A DNA stretch of 64,000 nucleotides from Thermoplasmata archaeon (GTDB lineage: Archaea; Thermoplasmatota; Thermoplasmata; Lutacidiplasmatales; UBA184). Below, in pieces: positions 55,958 through 64,000 of this stretch. Every line of letters begins with the position of its first letter. The first letter of the stretch is position 1. The DNA lies in assembly GCA_035945215.1 (NCBI GenBank), contig DASZAJ010000002.1, positions 133,057 through 197,056 on the forward strand. Direction: 5' to 3'. The notes beneath the pieces were generated by a model. It did no database searches. It was not told where the DNA came from and was given only the letters and a program-made list of their open reading frames with translations. The position numbers and the translations under genes were made by a program.

Positions 55958-58900
55958 ATGTACGGGCTCGTTTCGAGAGCTGCAGGAATCGGCCAATTCT
56001 CGGTGCCCGTCGCGTTGGCCCTCCTGATGATCGGCGGGTCTCCGCTCGGGCTCGGTCCGACGGAGGCTCCCTTGCCCAGGGCCCACGCGTACCTGCCGCC
56101 TAGCCCCGGCGGGGTCCTCGGGTCGGTCCCATCAACGGGGGCGTACGAGAGGCCCACGACCTACCTTCGCGGGATAGCACCTCCGGGCCCTTCAGGAAAC
56201 GTCGCGCCCTCTCGCTCCGCCCGACCCCTAGGACCCGCGATATCACCGGCCATCTCGGTCCAGTCGCCGGTCAATATCTCACCGCTCTACCCCCAGGAGT
56301 CCGACGCGGGGCTCACGTACGATTCGGCGGACCACTACGCGCTTCTCTACACCGCCATCTGCTGTGGCCCGGACCCCGGCCACGCCCAATTCACCTGGGC
56401 CATCAACGGGAGCTCCGCTCGACTGGTGCCGACCCCGACCTCGCCGCCGATCCTGAGCTACTATGGAGAAACGCTCCTCACCGATGACCCGCATGACGGC
56501 TACGTGGTGCTCGTCGGCGGCGTCAACGATTCCGGGAATGTGACCAATCAGACTTGGGCCTATCACGCCGGAAAATGGACCCAGCTGCATCCCAAGTCGA
56601 GCCCTCCGTCCAACGTCTCCGGCGTGAGCGCCTACGATCCAGCCATCGGGGCGATCGTGCATCTCGATTGGACCTACCACTACAACTCGACGTCGGGGAA
56701 CACGACGTACTCGAATCAGACCTGGACGTTCGCCGGTGGAAATTGGACCGAGGTGTTGAACCGCACGCCGGCGGGGTTTCCCGCTTCGCAGATGAGCCTG
56801 GCCTACGACGCCGCGGATGGATACCTGATGGGCTATGGCGGGTACGCCGGGAATGCGACTTGGAAGTACCAGAACTCGTCGTGGACCCGGATCGCCGCGA
56901 CGGGGTCGCCGCCCGCGTACAACATTTCGAAGATCGCCTACGATAGTTCGTTGGGCAAGGTGCTGCTGTTCGGTGGCGCGTTCCCGGTCAAAGGCGTCTG
57001 GAACAACGCGACGTGGGGGTATTCGGCCGGGCATTGGGCCGCGCTGACCGGATACTATCTGAACGCTCCGGTTTTCATCACGCCCACCGCCCCGAACGGC
57101 ACCCTGGTCGCTTACATCCCGCCGGGACGGTCCGTCTCGCCGAACAGCTCGACGCTCTCCACGATATGGATCCTCCAGAACTCCACCTGGGTCTCACCGG
57201 CGGGGATGCCCCGGTCCCCCGGTCCGAGATGCTGTGGCCAATCCACCTACGACGCCGCCGACGGCTACTTCCTGACCTTCGGCGGTGTGATCTACAACGG
57301 CCTGTACAGCTACATCACGCTCAACGACACCTGGGCGTTTCGCAACGGGACTTGGACCCAGATCCATCCTACCGTTTCCCCGCCCGGCATGTACTATGGC
57401 TCCATGGCCTACGACCCGGTCGATCGGTACACCGTCTTTCTCGGCGGGGCCTTCGGGAGCCCCTACTACAGCGTTCGGGACCAGACGTGGACCTATGCCG
57501 CCGGCAAATGGAACCAGCTGAGCCCCTCGAGAGCCCCGGATGCGCCGATCAAGGGCTGCATGGCCTGGGACACTGCCGATGGCTACCTCGTCTACTGGGG
57601 CGGGATCAATAGTACCGGCGACGTCAATCAGACCTGGAAGTTCCTGCACGGCAACTGGAGCCGGCTGAACACGACCGGGACGCCGCCGGCGTCCGATGGG
57701 TGCGAACTCGCCTACGACGACCACGACGGGTATCTGTTGCTCTGGACCGCCAGCTACAGTTGGGAGTACTCGTCCGGCAGCTGGACCAATGTCTCCTCGG
57801 CCACCGGCCCACAATTTCGCAAGCAACCGTTCTTCGCGTTTGACCCACTGCTGGGCGGCGTAATTCTCTACGGGGGCACGAGCGGCGGCATCCCCGCGCG
57901 CGAGGACCTTTGGCTGTTCTCGGGGGGCAGCTGGAGCCAGTTGCGGTTGGGGCTGAATCCGAGCTGGGCGGGCTATGGTGGATGCGCCTATGATCCGCAG
58001 ATCGACGCGCTCGTACTGTTCGTCGGGGAGGCCAACTTCGGATGGACGAGCCAGGTCTGGACGCTGAATCTGACCGAGCCTCTCAGCGCCGGCTCCATCA
58101 CCGTCACCCCGGGCCTCCTCGACCTCGGCGGTGCCGCTCGGATCCGGGCCGATCCCACCGGCGGAACAGGATCCTATACGATGAACTGGTCGAGCCTTCC
58201 CCCGGGCTGCACGGGCGGAAATTCGACTATTTTCGTCTGCTTCCCGACCCAGGCGGGGAACTGGTCGATCAACCTGACCGTCCGCGACTCGTCCGGGAGA
58301 TCCGTCAAAGCTGCGACGGTGAACCTTTTCGTGGCCCCCGACCCATCTATCCCCTCGATCTCCGCCAGCCCGGCGCTCATCGACGTCGGCATGACGACCA
58401 CCCTCTCCGCGACCGAGTCGGGCGGAACGGCCCCACTGACCTACAGCTGGTCAGGGCTTCCGGCCGGCTGCAGCTCGTCCAACACGAGGTCCCTGTCCTG
58501 TACGCCGACCGCGGCCGGAAACTTCTCCGTCACGATCGGCGTGGTGGACCAGATCGGCTACGCGGCGTACAACTCAACCCTGCTGACGGTTGACGCTCAG
58601 CTGGCGATCACCGCCCTGCGGTCCTCCTCGTCGACCCTCGACCTTGGGCAAACGGTCTTCTTGTCCACCGGTGCGGCCGGCGGGACCGGGGCCCACTCGT
58701 TCACCTGGACCGGCCTGCCCTCCGGCTGCTCCGGTTCGAACTCCACTTCGATTGTCTGCACCCCGACCGCGACCGGGAACTACTCGGTCGGGATCCGCGT
58801 CTCCGATCGGCTAGGGGAGGTGGCGATCGGTGGGCCGATAGGGTTGGTGGTGAATCCCCCAGCGACCACGCCTGCCATCTCGTTGAACCGGACGATTGCG

Positions 58901-60655
58901 GACGCGAACCAGCAGATCCTCGCGATCGCCACGCCGTCGGGCGGCACCGCCCCGTATCGGTACCTCTGGTCGACCAACCTGAGTGGCTGCTCGCCCCTGA
59001 CCGCCGCCAAAGTCGCCTGCGCCCCGAGCGGACCGGGGGTCTACCTGCTCCAGGTCACCGTCATTGACGCCGTGAACGTGACCACCGCCAGCGCTGCGGC
59101 CAATGTATCCGTCCTCCCCGATCCGATCGTTTCGACGGTGATGGCCAACCGGTCGAGCGTCGACGTCGGCCAATCGGTGAACTTCAGCGTCAGTGCGGCG
59201 TCCGGCGCCGGGGGATTCTCCTACGCATGGAGCGGGCTTCCCACGGGATGCACGGGGGCGGCGGTGGCGCCGTACCTCGACTGTCGTCCTACGGCCGCCG
59301 ACTCGTCGGCCCAGATCTCGGTCAACGTGACTGACGCGAACGGGTTCTCGGTGTCGACCGGCGCCCTTGCCTACACCGTGTTCGCCGATCCGAGTGTGGC
59401 GCCGCCGATCGCCTCGCGGACCTCTTCCGATGTCGGACAATGGGTGACGTTCATCGGGAGCGCCTCCCCCGGCTCCGGCGCGGACCTGTACGCATGGTCC
59501 GGGGCTTGCCCGGGCGCCGCGCCGGTGACGCAGTGCCGGCCCAATGTCGCGGGCGCTTTGGGAGAGCAGATCGTCGTGACCGACTCGAACGGGGTCTCCG
59601 CGACGGCGAGCATCGCCTACACCGTCTACCCCACGCCGAGCGTCAGCGCCCCGACCCCCACCCGGACCTCCCTGGACGTCGGGCAGTCGGTCGTGTTGAC
59701 CACGTCTTTCGTGGCCTTGGGTTCGGGCCGGCCGGCCATCTTCTGGTCCTCGGCCGGTAGCCTTCTCAATTGCGCGCAACAGTCGCCGACCTCGACTTCC
59801 TGTACGGGAACGACGGCCGGTACGGCCACGGTGCAAGCCACGGTGATCGATTCCAATGGGGGCAGCGCGAACGTCAGCTCGGTCAATATCACGGTCCTCG
59901 CCGACCCCGTGGCGGGGCTTCCGCAGTTGGGCCCCACCCTGATCGAGGTGGGCCAGTCGACGGAGATGCGCGTTCCAGTGACCGGTGGGAGCGGCGGCTA
60001 CCAGTTCAACTGGTCGGGTCTGCCCCCGGGGTGCGTTCCGGGACTGCAGAACCTTACCTGCGCACCCACCCGGGCGGGGGACTACACGATCCTGATCATC
60101 GTCTCGGACAGCAACGGATTCGCCGTCCGAACCCCTTTGGAGACCTTCCACGTCGATCCGGCCCTGGGGGGCACCGGGGATATCGGGGGAAACCAGACCC
60201 TCCCCGTGGGCGGGACCCTGAACGGCACCGCTCACGGACTCGGTGGTTCGGGCACCTATCACTACGATTGGTCGTTCGGCGACGGCTTCGCCGGCTCGGG
60301 GGTTTCCGTTCGACACACGTACACACTGGCCGGTACGTTCGAGGTCACGTTGTGGATCAACGACTCGATTGGAGGGGTCCACTCCATGAGCTGGACCGTG
60401 CGCGTATCGGCGAATGCAGCTCCCGGGTCGGCGCGTATCCTCGGCATGCCACCGTGGGCCGCCGCGTTGCTCTTCCTCGAACTCGCGGTGGCGGCCGCGG
60501 CCGCCATCGGATTCGTCCTGTATCGCGGCCGCCGGGGCCGCGTCGAACCTTCGGAAGAACCGTCGACGGTTCCGGACGATCCACCGGCCTATTCTGATCC
60601 CCCGGAAACAGTCGAGGATGCAGCCCCAGCCGAACCGGAAGACGGGACCGGTTAG
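55958..60655 (+). CDS. Giant surface protein (about 1565 aa): N-terminal TM/signal, Kelch-type beta-propeller repeats, about 12 tandem roughly 95-aa Ig-like repeats each with a conserved Cys pair, PKD-like domain, C-terminal TM and acidic tail
   Basis: ATG 55958 'MYGLVSRAAGIGQFSVPVALALLMIGGSPLG'. Kelch 'VVLVGGVNDSGNVTNQTW', 'VLLFGGAFP...NNATW'. Repeats of 'TGGTxPYxYxWSGLPxGCxxxNxxxxxCxPTxAGNYS...VxDxxG'. PKD-like 'YDWSFGDGFAGSGVSVRHTYTLAGTFEVTLWINDSIGG'. TM 'WAAALLFLELAVAAAAAIGFVLYRGRR'. Confidence 0.75.
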   Translation: MYGLVSRAAGIGQFSVPVALALLMIGGSPLGLGPTEAPLPRAHAYLPPSPGGVLGSVPSTGAYERPTTYLRGIAPPGPSGNVAPSRSARPLGPAISPAISVQSPVNISPLYPQESDAGLTYDSADHYALLYTAICCGPDPGHAQFTWAINGSSARLVPTPTSPPILSYYGETLLTDDPHDGYVVLVGGVNDSGNVTNQTWAYHAGKWTQLHPKSSPPSNVSGVSAYDPAIGAIVHLDWTYHYNSTSGNTTYSNQTWTFAGGNWTEVLNRTPAGFPASQMSLAYDAADGYLMGYGGYAGNATWKYQNSSWTRIAATGSPPAYNISKIAYDSSLGKVLLFGGAFPVKGVWNNATWGYSAGHWAALTGYYLNAPVFITPTAPNGTLVAYIPPGRSVSPNSSTLSTIWILQNSTWVSPAGMPRSPGPRCCGQSTYDAADGYFLTFGGVIYNGLYSYITLNDTWAFRNGTWTQIHPTVSPPGMYYGSMAYDPVDRYTVFLGGAFGSPYYSVRDQTWTYAAGKWNQLSPSRAPDAPIKGCMAWDTADGYLVYWGGINSTGDVNQTWKFLHGNWSRLNTTGTPPASDGCELAYDDHDGYLLLWTASYSWEYSSGSWTNVSSATGPQFRKQPFFAFDPLLGGVILYGGTSGGIPAREDLWLFSGGSWSQLRLGLNPSWAGYGGCAYDPQIDALVLFVGEANFGWTSQVWTLNLTEPLSAGSITVTPGLLDLGGAARIRADPTGGTGSYTMNWSSLPPGCTGGNSTIFVCFPTQAGNWSINLTVRDSSGRSVKAATVNLFVAPDPSIPSISASPALIDVGMTTTLSATESGGTAPLTYSWSGLPAGCSSSNTRSLSCTPTAAGNFSVTIGVVDQIGYAAYNSTLLTVDAQLAITALRSSSSTLDLGQTVFLSTGAAGGTGAHSFTWTGLPSGCSGSNSTSIVCTPTATGNYSVGIRVSDRLGEVAIGGPIGLVVNPPATTPAISLNRTIADANQQILAIATPSGGTAPYRYLWSTNLSGCSPLTAAKVACAPSGPGVYLLQVTVIDAVNVTTASAAANVSVLPDPIVSTVMANRSSVDVGQSVNFSVSAASGAGGFSYAWSGLPTGCTGAAVAPYLDCRPTAADSSAQISVNVTDANGFSVSTGALAYTVFADPSVAPPIASRTSSDVGQWVTFIGSASPGSGADLYAWSGACPGAAPVTQCRPNVAGALGEQIVVTDSNGVSATASIAYTVYPTPSVSAPTPTRTSLDVGQSVVLTTSFVALGSGRPAIFWSSAGSLLNCAQQSPTSTSCTGTTAGTATVQATVIDSNGGSANVSSVNITVLADPVAGLPQLGPTLIEVGQSTEMRVPVTGGSGGYQFNWSGLPPGCVPGLQNLTCAPTRAGDYTILIIVSDSNGFAVRTPLETFHVDPALGGTGDIGGNQTLPVGGTLNGTAHGLGGSGTYHYDWSFGDGFAGSGVSVRHTYTLAGTFEVTLWINDSIGGVHSMSWTVRVSANAAPGSARILGMPPWAAALLFLELAVAAAAAIGFVLYRGRRGRVEPSEEPSTVPDDPPAYSDPPETVEDAAPAEPEDGTG
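58090..60130 (+). repeat. Intragenic tandem array (about 12 copies, roughly 285 nt each) encoding Cys-pair Ig-like repeats
   Basis: A recurring peptide pattern 'GG(T/S)xP(Y/L)xYxWSGLPxGC(S/T)...C(T/R)PTxAGxYS(V/I)...(V/I)xDxxG' read across the ORF. It is conserved at the protein level but diverged at the DNA level. Confidence 0.55.
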
Positions 60656-60813
60656 CCCCGGAGAACACTCCCCGGGATGACCCGCCATCGAGGGCCGGTT
60701 TCGGTGAGGAGGCTTGGTCCCCTCGCGGTCGACGCCCGCCCCTTGGGGGTTCCTCTCAGTCCAACCGCGGGGGAATCATCTTGTAGGGGGGGAACTCAGG
60801 GACCGTCGCTGCC

Positions 60814-61263
60814 ATGATTTCATACCGAGACGAAGGGATCCTGCCGGCGCCTCCCGCCACGGTTTGGAAGCTGATCAACGCTCACCTGGACGACACCGCC
60901 ATCTCCTCGATCCACCGCCTGATCCTGGAGCAGAAGACCGAGAGCCGCGGGACTCCGGAGACCGTGGTCTCACGAGTCATCGATGCCCGAGGGCGGCGAC
61001 TCCGCTCCCGCTGGAAGCTTACGCTGCGCCCCCCCGAACTCTACCGTTGGGAGATCCTGGACGGGGAGGGCCCCTGGTCCGCCGGGACCTACATGGAGAA
61101 CACGTTCTCCGAGGTGCCGGGGGGAACGAAGGCCGTGAGCCAGGGCCAACTGCACATCAGCGTCCTTCCCTTCTTCCTGCCGCAGGGATTCATGGTCCGC
61201 CGCATCCTCAACGAGATCGATGGCGAGGACATGGCGCGCCTTCGAGCCCTCGGGACGGGGTAG
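60814..61263 (+). CDS. SRPBCC (START/Bet v1/polyketide cyclase-like) family protein
   Basis: 'ILPAPPATVWKLINAHLDD...HRLILEQ...WKLTLRPPELYRWEIL' is a pattern typical of SRPBCC ligand-binding domains. Confidence 0.5.
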   Translation: MISYRDEGILPAPPATVWKLINAHLDDTAISSIHRLILEQKTESRGTPETVVSRVIDARGRRLRSRWKLTLRPPELYRWEILDGEGPWSAGTYMENTFSEVPGGTKAVSQGQLHISVLPFFLPQGFMVRRILNEIDGEDMARLRALGTG

Positions 61264-61436
61264 TCCGGCCACCGCTTCGCCCGCCGCCCACGCCGGGCGG
61301 CTTGGGGGGATAGGTCCAAGGGTTGTTGCGCGTGCCGATCACCCGCTCGGTCCAGCTCAAGCACGGCGGAGGGCCGCGGCCGGTCCGGATCGGGGTCGTG
61401 GCGTGGTCCCGACGGCGACCGCCCACGCCGAGACGT

Positions 61437-61967
61437 CTAACGCGATTTCCCGAACGCCTTGAGGCCCTCGGTATCCTCGTGAAAGACCTTCTCGAGGTTC
61501 GCCCAGACCGCCTTTTCGAGCTGGGCCGGCGGGATCGTCTTGGAGGTCCAATCCCCGACGACGACGACTTCCGTTTGCTTGCCCTTGGGGATATACAGGT
61601 TGAAGAACTTCGACCCGGCCATCGGTCCCTCCAGGGGCTCGACCATGAACCCGAGCGGCGGGTGGAAGGTGAGCTTGTTCGACATGTGGATCCACTTGCC
61701 GTCGACTTCCTGCTCCCAGGAGAGCATGGCGGAGTTGTCGGTCAGCAGCTCCCGTTCGAAGTTCCGTCGACCTTTGTGGCTCGGACTGTGCGCGTCGTCG
61801 GCCTGTAGGTATCTCCAGATCGTCTGCACCGGCGCATCGAAGAGGCTCCCCTCATCTCGAACGAAGACCATGAACGAGCCATCCCGCGCCGGTAGAAATA
61901 CCCCCCCCGGGAGCCGGCGAACCCAATCCCGAGCGCTCGGCACGGGACGCCGCCGAGGTCGGCCCAA
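61437..61967 (-). CDS. SRPBCC family protein (second, divergent copy); true start possibly M33 (about 61871)
   Basis: 'LFDAPVQTIWRYLQADDAHSPSH...LSWEQEVDGKWIHMSNKLTFHPPLGF' resembles the plus-strand SRPBCC gene. Confidence 0.45.
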   Translation of the reverse strand: MGRPRRRPVPSARDWVRRLPGGVFLPARDGSFMVFVRDEGSLFDAPVQTIWRYLQADDAHSPSHKGRRNFERELLTDNSAMLSWEQEVDGKWIHMSNKLTFHPPLGFMVEPLEGPMAGSKFFNLYIPKGKQTEVVVVGDWTSKTIPPAQLEKAVWANLEKVFHEDTEGLKAFGKSR

Positions 61968-61975
61968 CCCTTGAA

Positions 61976-63106
61976 GTGCTGGACCCGCTTCGGACCGCCA
62001 TGGGCGCCGTTCCCGTCCCGTCCGATATCGAGGAGATCTGCCGTACCGTTCTCGTGAAGTCGCTGCGCCTGCGCCGTGGGGAGAGCCTGATCGTCGAGAG
62101 CTGGACCCACATGCTCCCCTGGGCGGAGGCGTTCGTCCTCCAAGCGCGCCGGGCGGGGATCCGGACCATGCTGCTCTACGAGGATGAGGCCACCTACTGG
62201 CGGTCGGTGGAATCCTCCAAAGCCGACGATCTCGGACGAATGCCGGACCCGGAGCTCGCGGCCATCAGCAAGGCCGATGGGTACGTGTTCCTCTGGGGCC
62301 CCGAGGACCGTCCCCGGCGGAACGCTCTCCCCAAAGCCCAGCGCGAGGCCCTGACGGGGTACAACTCGAAGTGGTACCAGGCGGCGGGTCGAGCCCACCT
62401 GCGGGGGGTCCGGATCGAGCTCGGACGAGCCACGGCGCCGAGCGCAGAGTTCTACGGCGTCGAGCTCGGAGGCTGGCAGCAGATGCTCATCGATGCCGGT
62501 CGGGCCGACCTCGGGAAGATGGTCCGGGAAGCGACGCACCTGGCCGACCGACTTCGACGCGGAAAGCAGATCCGGATCCACCACGCGAATGGTACGGACC
62601 TTTCCCTCCGATTGGCGGGCCGAGCGCCGACGTCCGACGACGGGGTCGTCGATCCGAAGGACGTGCGAATCGGCCAGAACATGGCCTCCTTTCCGGGCGG
62701 AGCCGTGTACGTATCGGTCGACGAAAAGTTCGTGGAGGGCCGTCTCGTGGCGAACCGGTCGACCTATCCATTGCAAGGGACCTTGACGGGGGGTCGATGG
62801 ACCTTCCAAGACCACCACCTCGCTTCCTACACCTACCGGTCCGGGGGAGAACTGTTCAAGACGGGGTACGACGCGGCCGGCCCCGGCCGGGACCGACCGG
62901 GCTTTCTCTCCATCGGTCTCAATCCGCGGATCCGTGATGCCCCGGGTCTGGAAGATTTCGAACGCGGTGGCCTGTTGTTCGGGATCGGCGGCAACGTCGG
63001 GTATGGGGGAAAGACGAAGTCGCCGTTCACCTCATGGCTCGCGCTCGGCGGCGCCCACCTCGAGGTCGACGGCCGGCCACTCGTGGCCGATGGCGAGATC
63101 CTCTAG
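61976..63106 (+). CDS. M29-family aminopeptidase (AmpS/PepS-like)
   Basis: 'ICRTVLVKSLRLRRGESLIVESWTHMLPWAEAFVLQARRAGIRTMLLYED' matches the M29 N-terminal block. The length (376 aa) and the C-terminal Gly-rich 'GIGGNVGYGG' also fit. Confidence 0.6.
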   Translation: MLDPLRTAMGAVPVPSDIEEICRTVLVKSLRLRRGESLIVESWTHMLPWAEAFVLQARRAGIRTMLLYEDEATYWRSVESSKADDLGRMPDPELAAISKADGYVFLWGPEDRPRRNALPKAQREALTGYNSKWYQAAGRAHLRGVRIELGRATAPSAEFYGVELGGWQQMLIDAGRADLGKMVREATHLADRLRRGKQIRIHHANGTDLSLRLAGRAPTSDDGVVDPKDVRIGQNMASFPGGAVYVSVDEKFVEGRLVANRSTYPLQGTLTGGRWTFQDHHLASYTYRSGGELFKTGYDAAGPGRDRPGFLSIGLNPRIRDAPGLEDFERGGLLFGIGGNVGYGGKTKSPFTSWLALGGAHLEVDGRPLVADGEIL

Positions 63107-63146
63107 CGAGCGCGTCACCGGACGCGTCCCCCCGCGGCTCGGGGGA

Positions 63147-64000
63147 TCAGTAAGGAGGGGGGTACCGGGGGGGCGTCCGTTGGCTGAGGACCACGGCCAC
63201 TACGACGGCCACCACGATCAATAGGCCCCCCATTAGGACCAGCGCGATTACTAGGAAGGCACCGCCCCCATCGAAGAATGGGGCGGGAATGCTCGGGCAG
63301 GCGGTCGCCAGCGGCGGGGCGACCCACCCGGCCGTGTGGGCGGCCGCGTCCGTGACCGTAAGTATGGCGAGGGGCGCGCCGCCGAGCGCCGACGAATAGT
63401 ACGTGTGTACGGGGGCCGATTGGTTCGATAGCGAGGATCCATCCTCGAAGTTCCACGAATACTGGTACGGGGGGGCTCCGCCGGAAACGATAGCATTGAA
63501 TGAAACGGTGATGGGTCCTGGGTTCGAACCGCAGGGGCTCCCACCAAGCACCGAATACGACGCATTCACTTCCAGGGGCGTCGTGGGAGTGAACGTGAGG
63601 ACGATGGAGACATTGCCCGTCGACAGATCCAGGGCCCCCTGGGGGGGAGAGACGGAATACCCGACGGGCGGGGTGACCCTGAAGGCGGGCTGAAGCCACG
63701 TCAGGCAGGAAAAAGTCAGCGAGAGGAGGCGGGACCAGCCGGTCAAGCTGTCGCTCCCGTCGGTTAGGTTGACCGACCAGTTCGCACCGGCCGGCAGACC
63801 GAGGGCCTCGAACGTCGCACTGAAGCAGGGAGTCGAAGTGCAGGATCCCTGGACGAATGGGACCGTAATGTTGACCCACGTCCCAAAGACATCAAAGCTT
63901 CCCGATATCGGAGGATAGCAGGACGAGCCGAGCACCCATGCGGTATAGCGATACGCGGTTCCGTTGGGTTCCGTGAATAGGATCGGGGCGCCGGAGGATC
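63147..64000 (-). CDS. Surface protein with 'GLPAGANWSVNL...' beta-sandwich and PKD-like modules and a C-terminal TM; the N-terminus lies beyond the window end
   Basis: The frame stays open upstream of the track's GTG at 63935 ('...SSGAPILFTEPNGTAYRYTAW|VLGSS...', containing another NGTxY module). PKD-like 'YQYSWNFEDGSSLSNQSAPVHTYYS'. C-terminal TM 'FLVIALVLMGGLLIVVAVVVAVVL'. Confidence 0.65.
   Translation of the reverse strand, partial: SSGAPILFTEPNGTAYRYTAWVLGSSCYPPISGSFDVFGTWVNITVPFVQGSCTSTPCFSATFEALGLPAGANWSVNLTDGSDSLTGWSRLLSLTFSCLTWLQPAFRVTPPVGYSVSPPQGALDLSTGNVSIVLTFTPTTPLEVNASYSVLGGSPCGSNPGPITVSFNAIVSGGAPPYQYSWNFEDGSSLSNQSAPVHTYYSSALGGAPLAILTVTDAAAHTAGWVAPPLATACPSIPAPFFDGGGAFLVIALVLMGGLLIVVAVVVAVVLSQRTPPRYPPPY

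Noticed and set aside
1-64000. CRISPR arrays, rRNA genes, IS elements with inverted repeats
   Set aside because: I scanned for short regularly spaced direct repeats, rRNA-like conserved stretches and transposase motifs (DDE/HTH) and saw none. Intragenic protein repeats (Kelch, YVTN, beta-helix, Ig-like) account for the repetitive DNA.

Overview
High-GC (about 65-70%) window of 64 kb that I read as an archaeal accessory/defence island flanked and interrupted by very large cell-surface protein genes. The archaeal call rests on an Ogg2-type DNA glycosylase, a MoaD/SAMP-like Gly-Gly protein, an Arch_ATPase-family AAA+ gene, AT-rich TATA-like boxes about 25 nt upstream of leaderless starts, and surface proteins dense in N-glycosylation sequons. 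Long antisense and out-of-frame ORFs in the supplied track are mostly GC-bias artefacts and were ignored where a convincing protein lies on the other strand or frame. The central observation is a tightly packed, same-strand six-gene operon at about 1424-5562: TGT-like transglycosylase, Ogg2-family glycosylase, QueC, a TIR-like (DUF1863) protein with a poly-Gly N-tail, a SLATT 2TM protein and an Rx4H (HEPN-like) protein. I interpret it as a QueC/TGT/OGG (type IV CBASS 'Cap9/10/11'-like) nucleotide-modifying module coupled to a TIR-SLATT conflict system instead of a CD-NTase, and found no description of this pairing. The rest of the window carries many TA/abortive-infection-like modules: two paralogous Zn-ribbon-fused MntA/HepT pairs, VapBC, an AbiEi/AbiEii-like pair, HEPN and NTase orphans, and an Arch_ATPase. 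It also holds a tyrosine recombinase, two paralogous unknown proteins, a nitronate monooxygenase gene interrupted by an in-frame TGA, and at least ten secreted or membrane-anchored giant proteins (Kelch, YVTN, BNR, PKD, beta-helix) that share a recurring 'TGLPxG...NGTYxY' beta-sandwich module. No rRNA or CRISPR array was seen, and no convincing tRNA was found.
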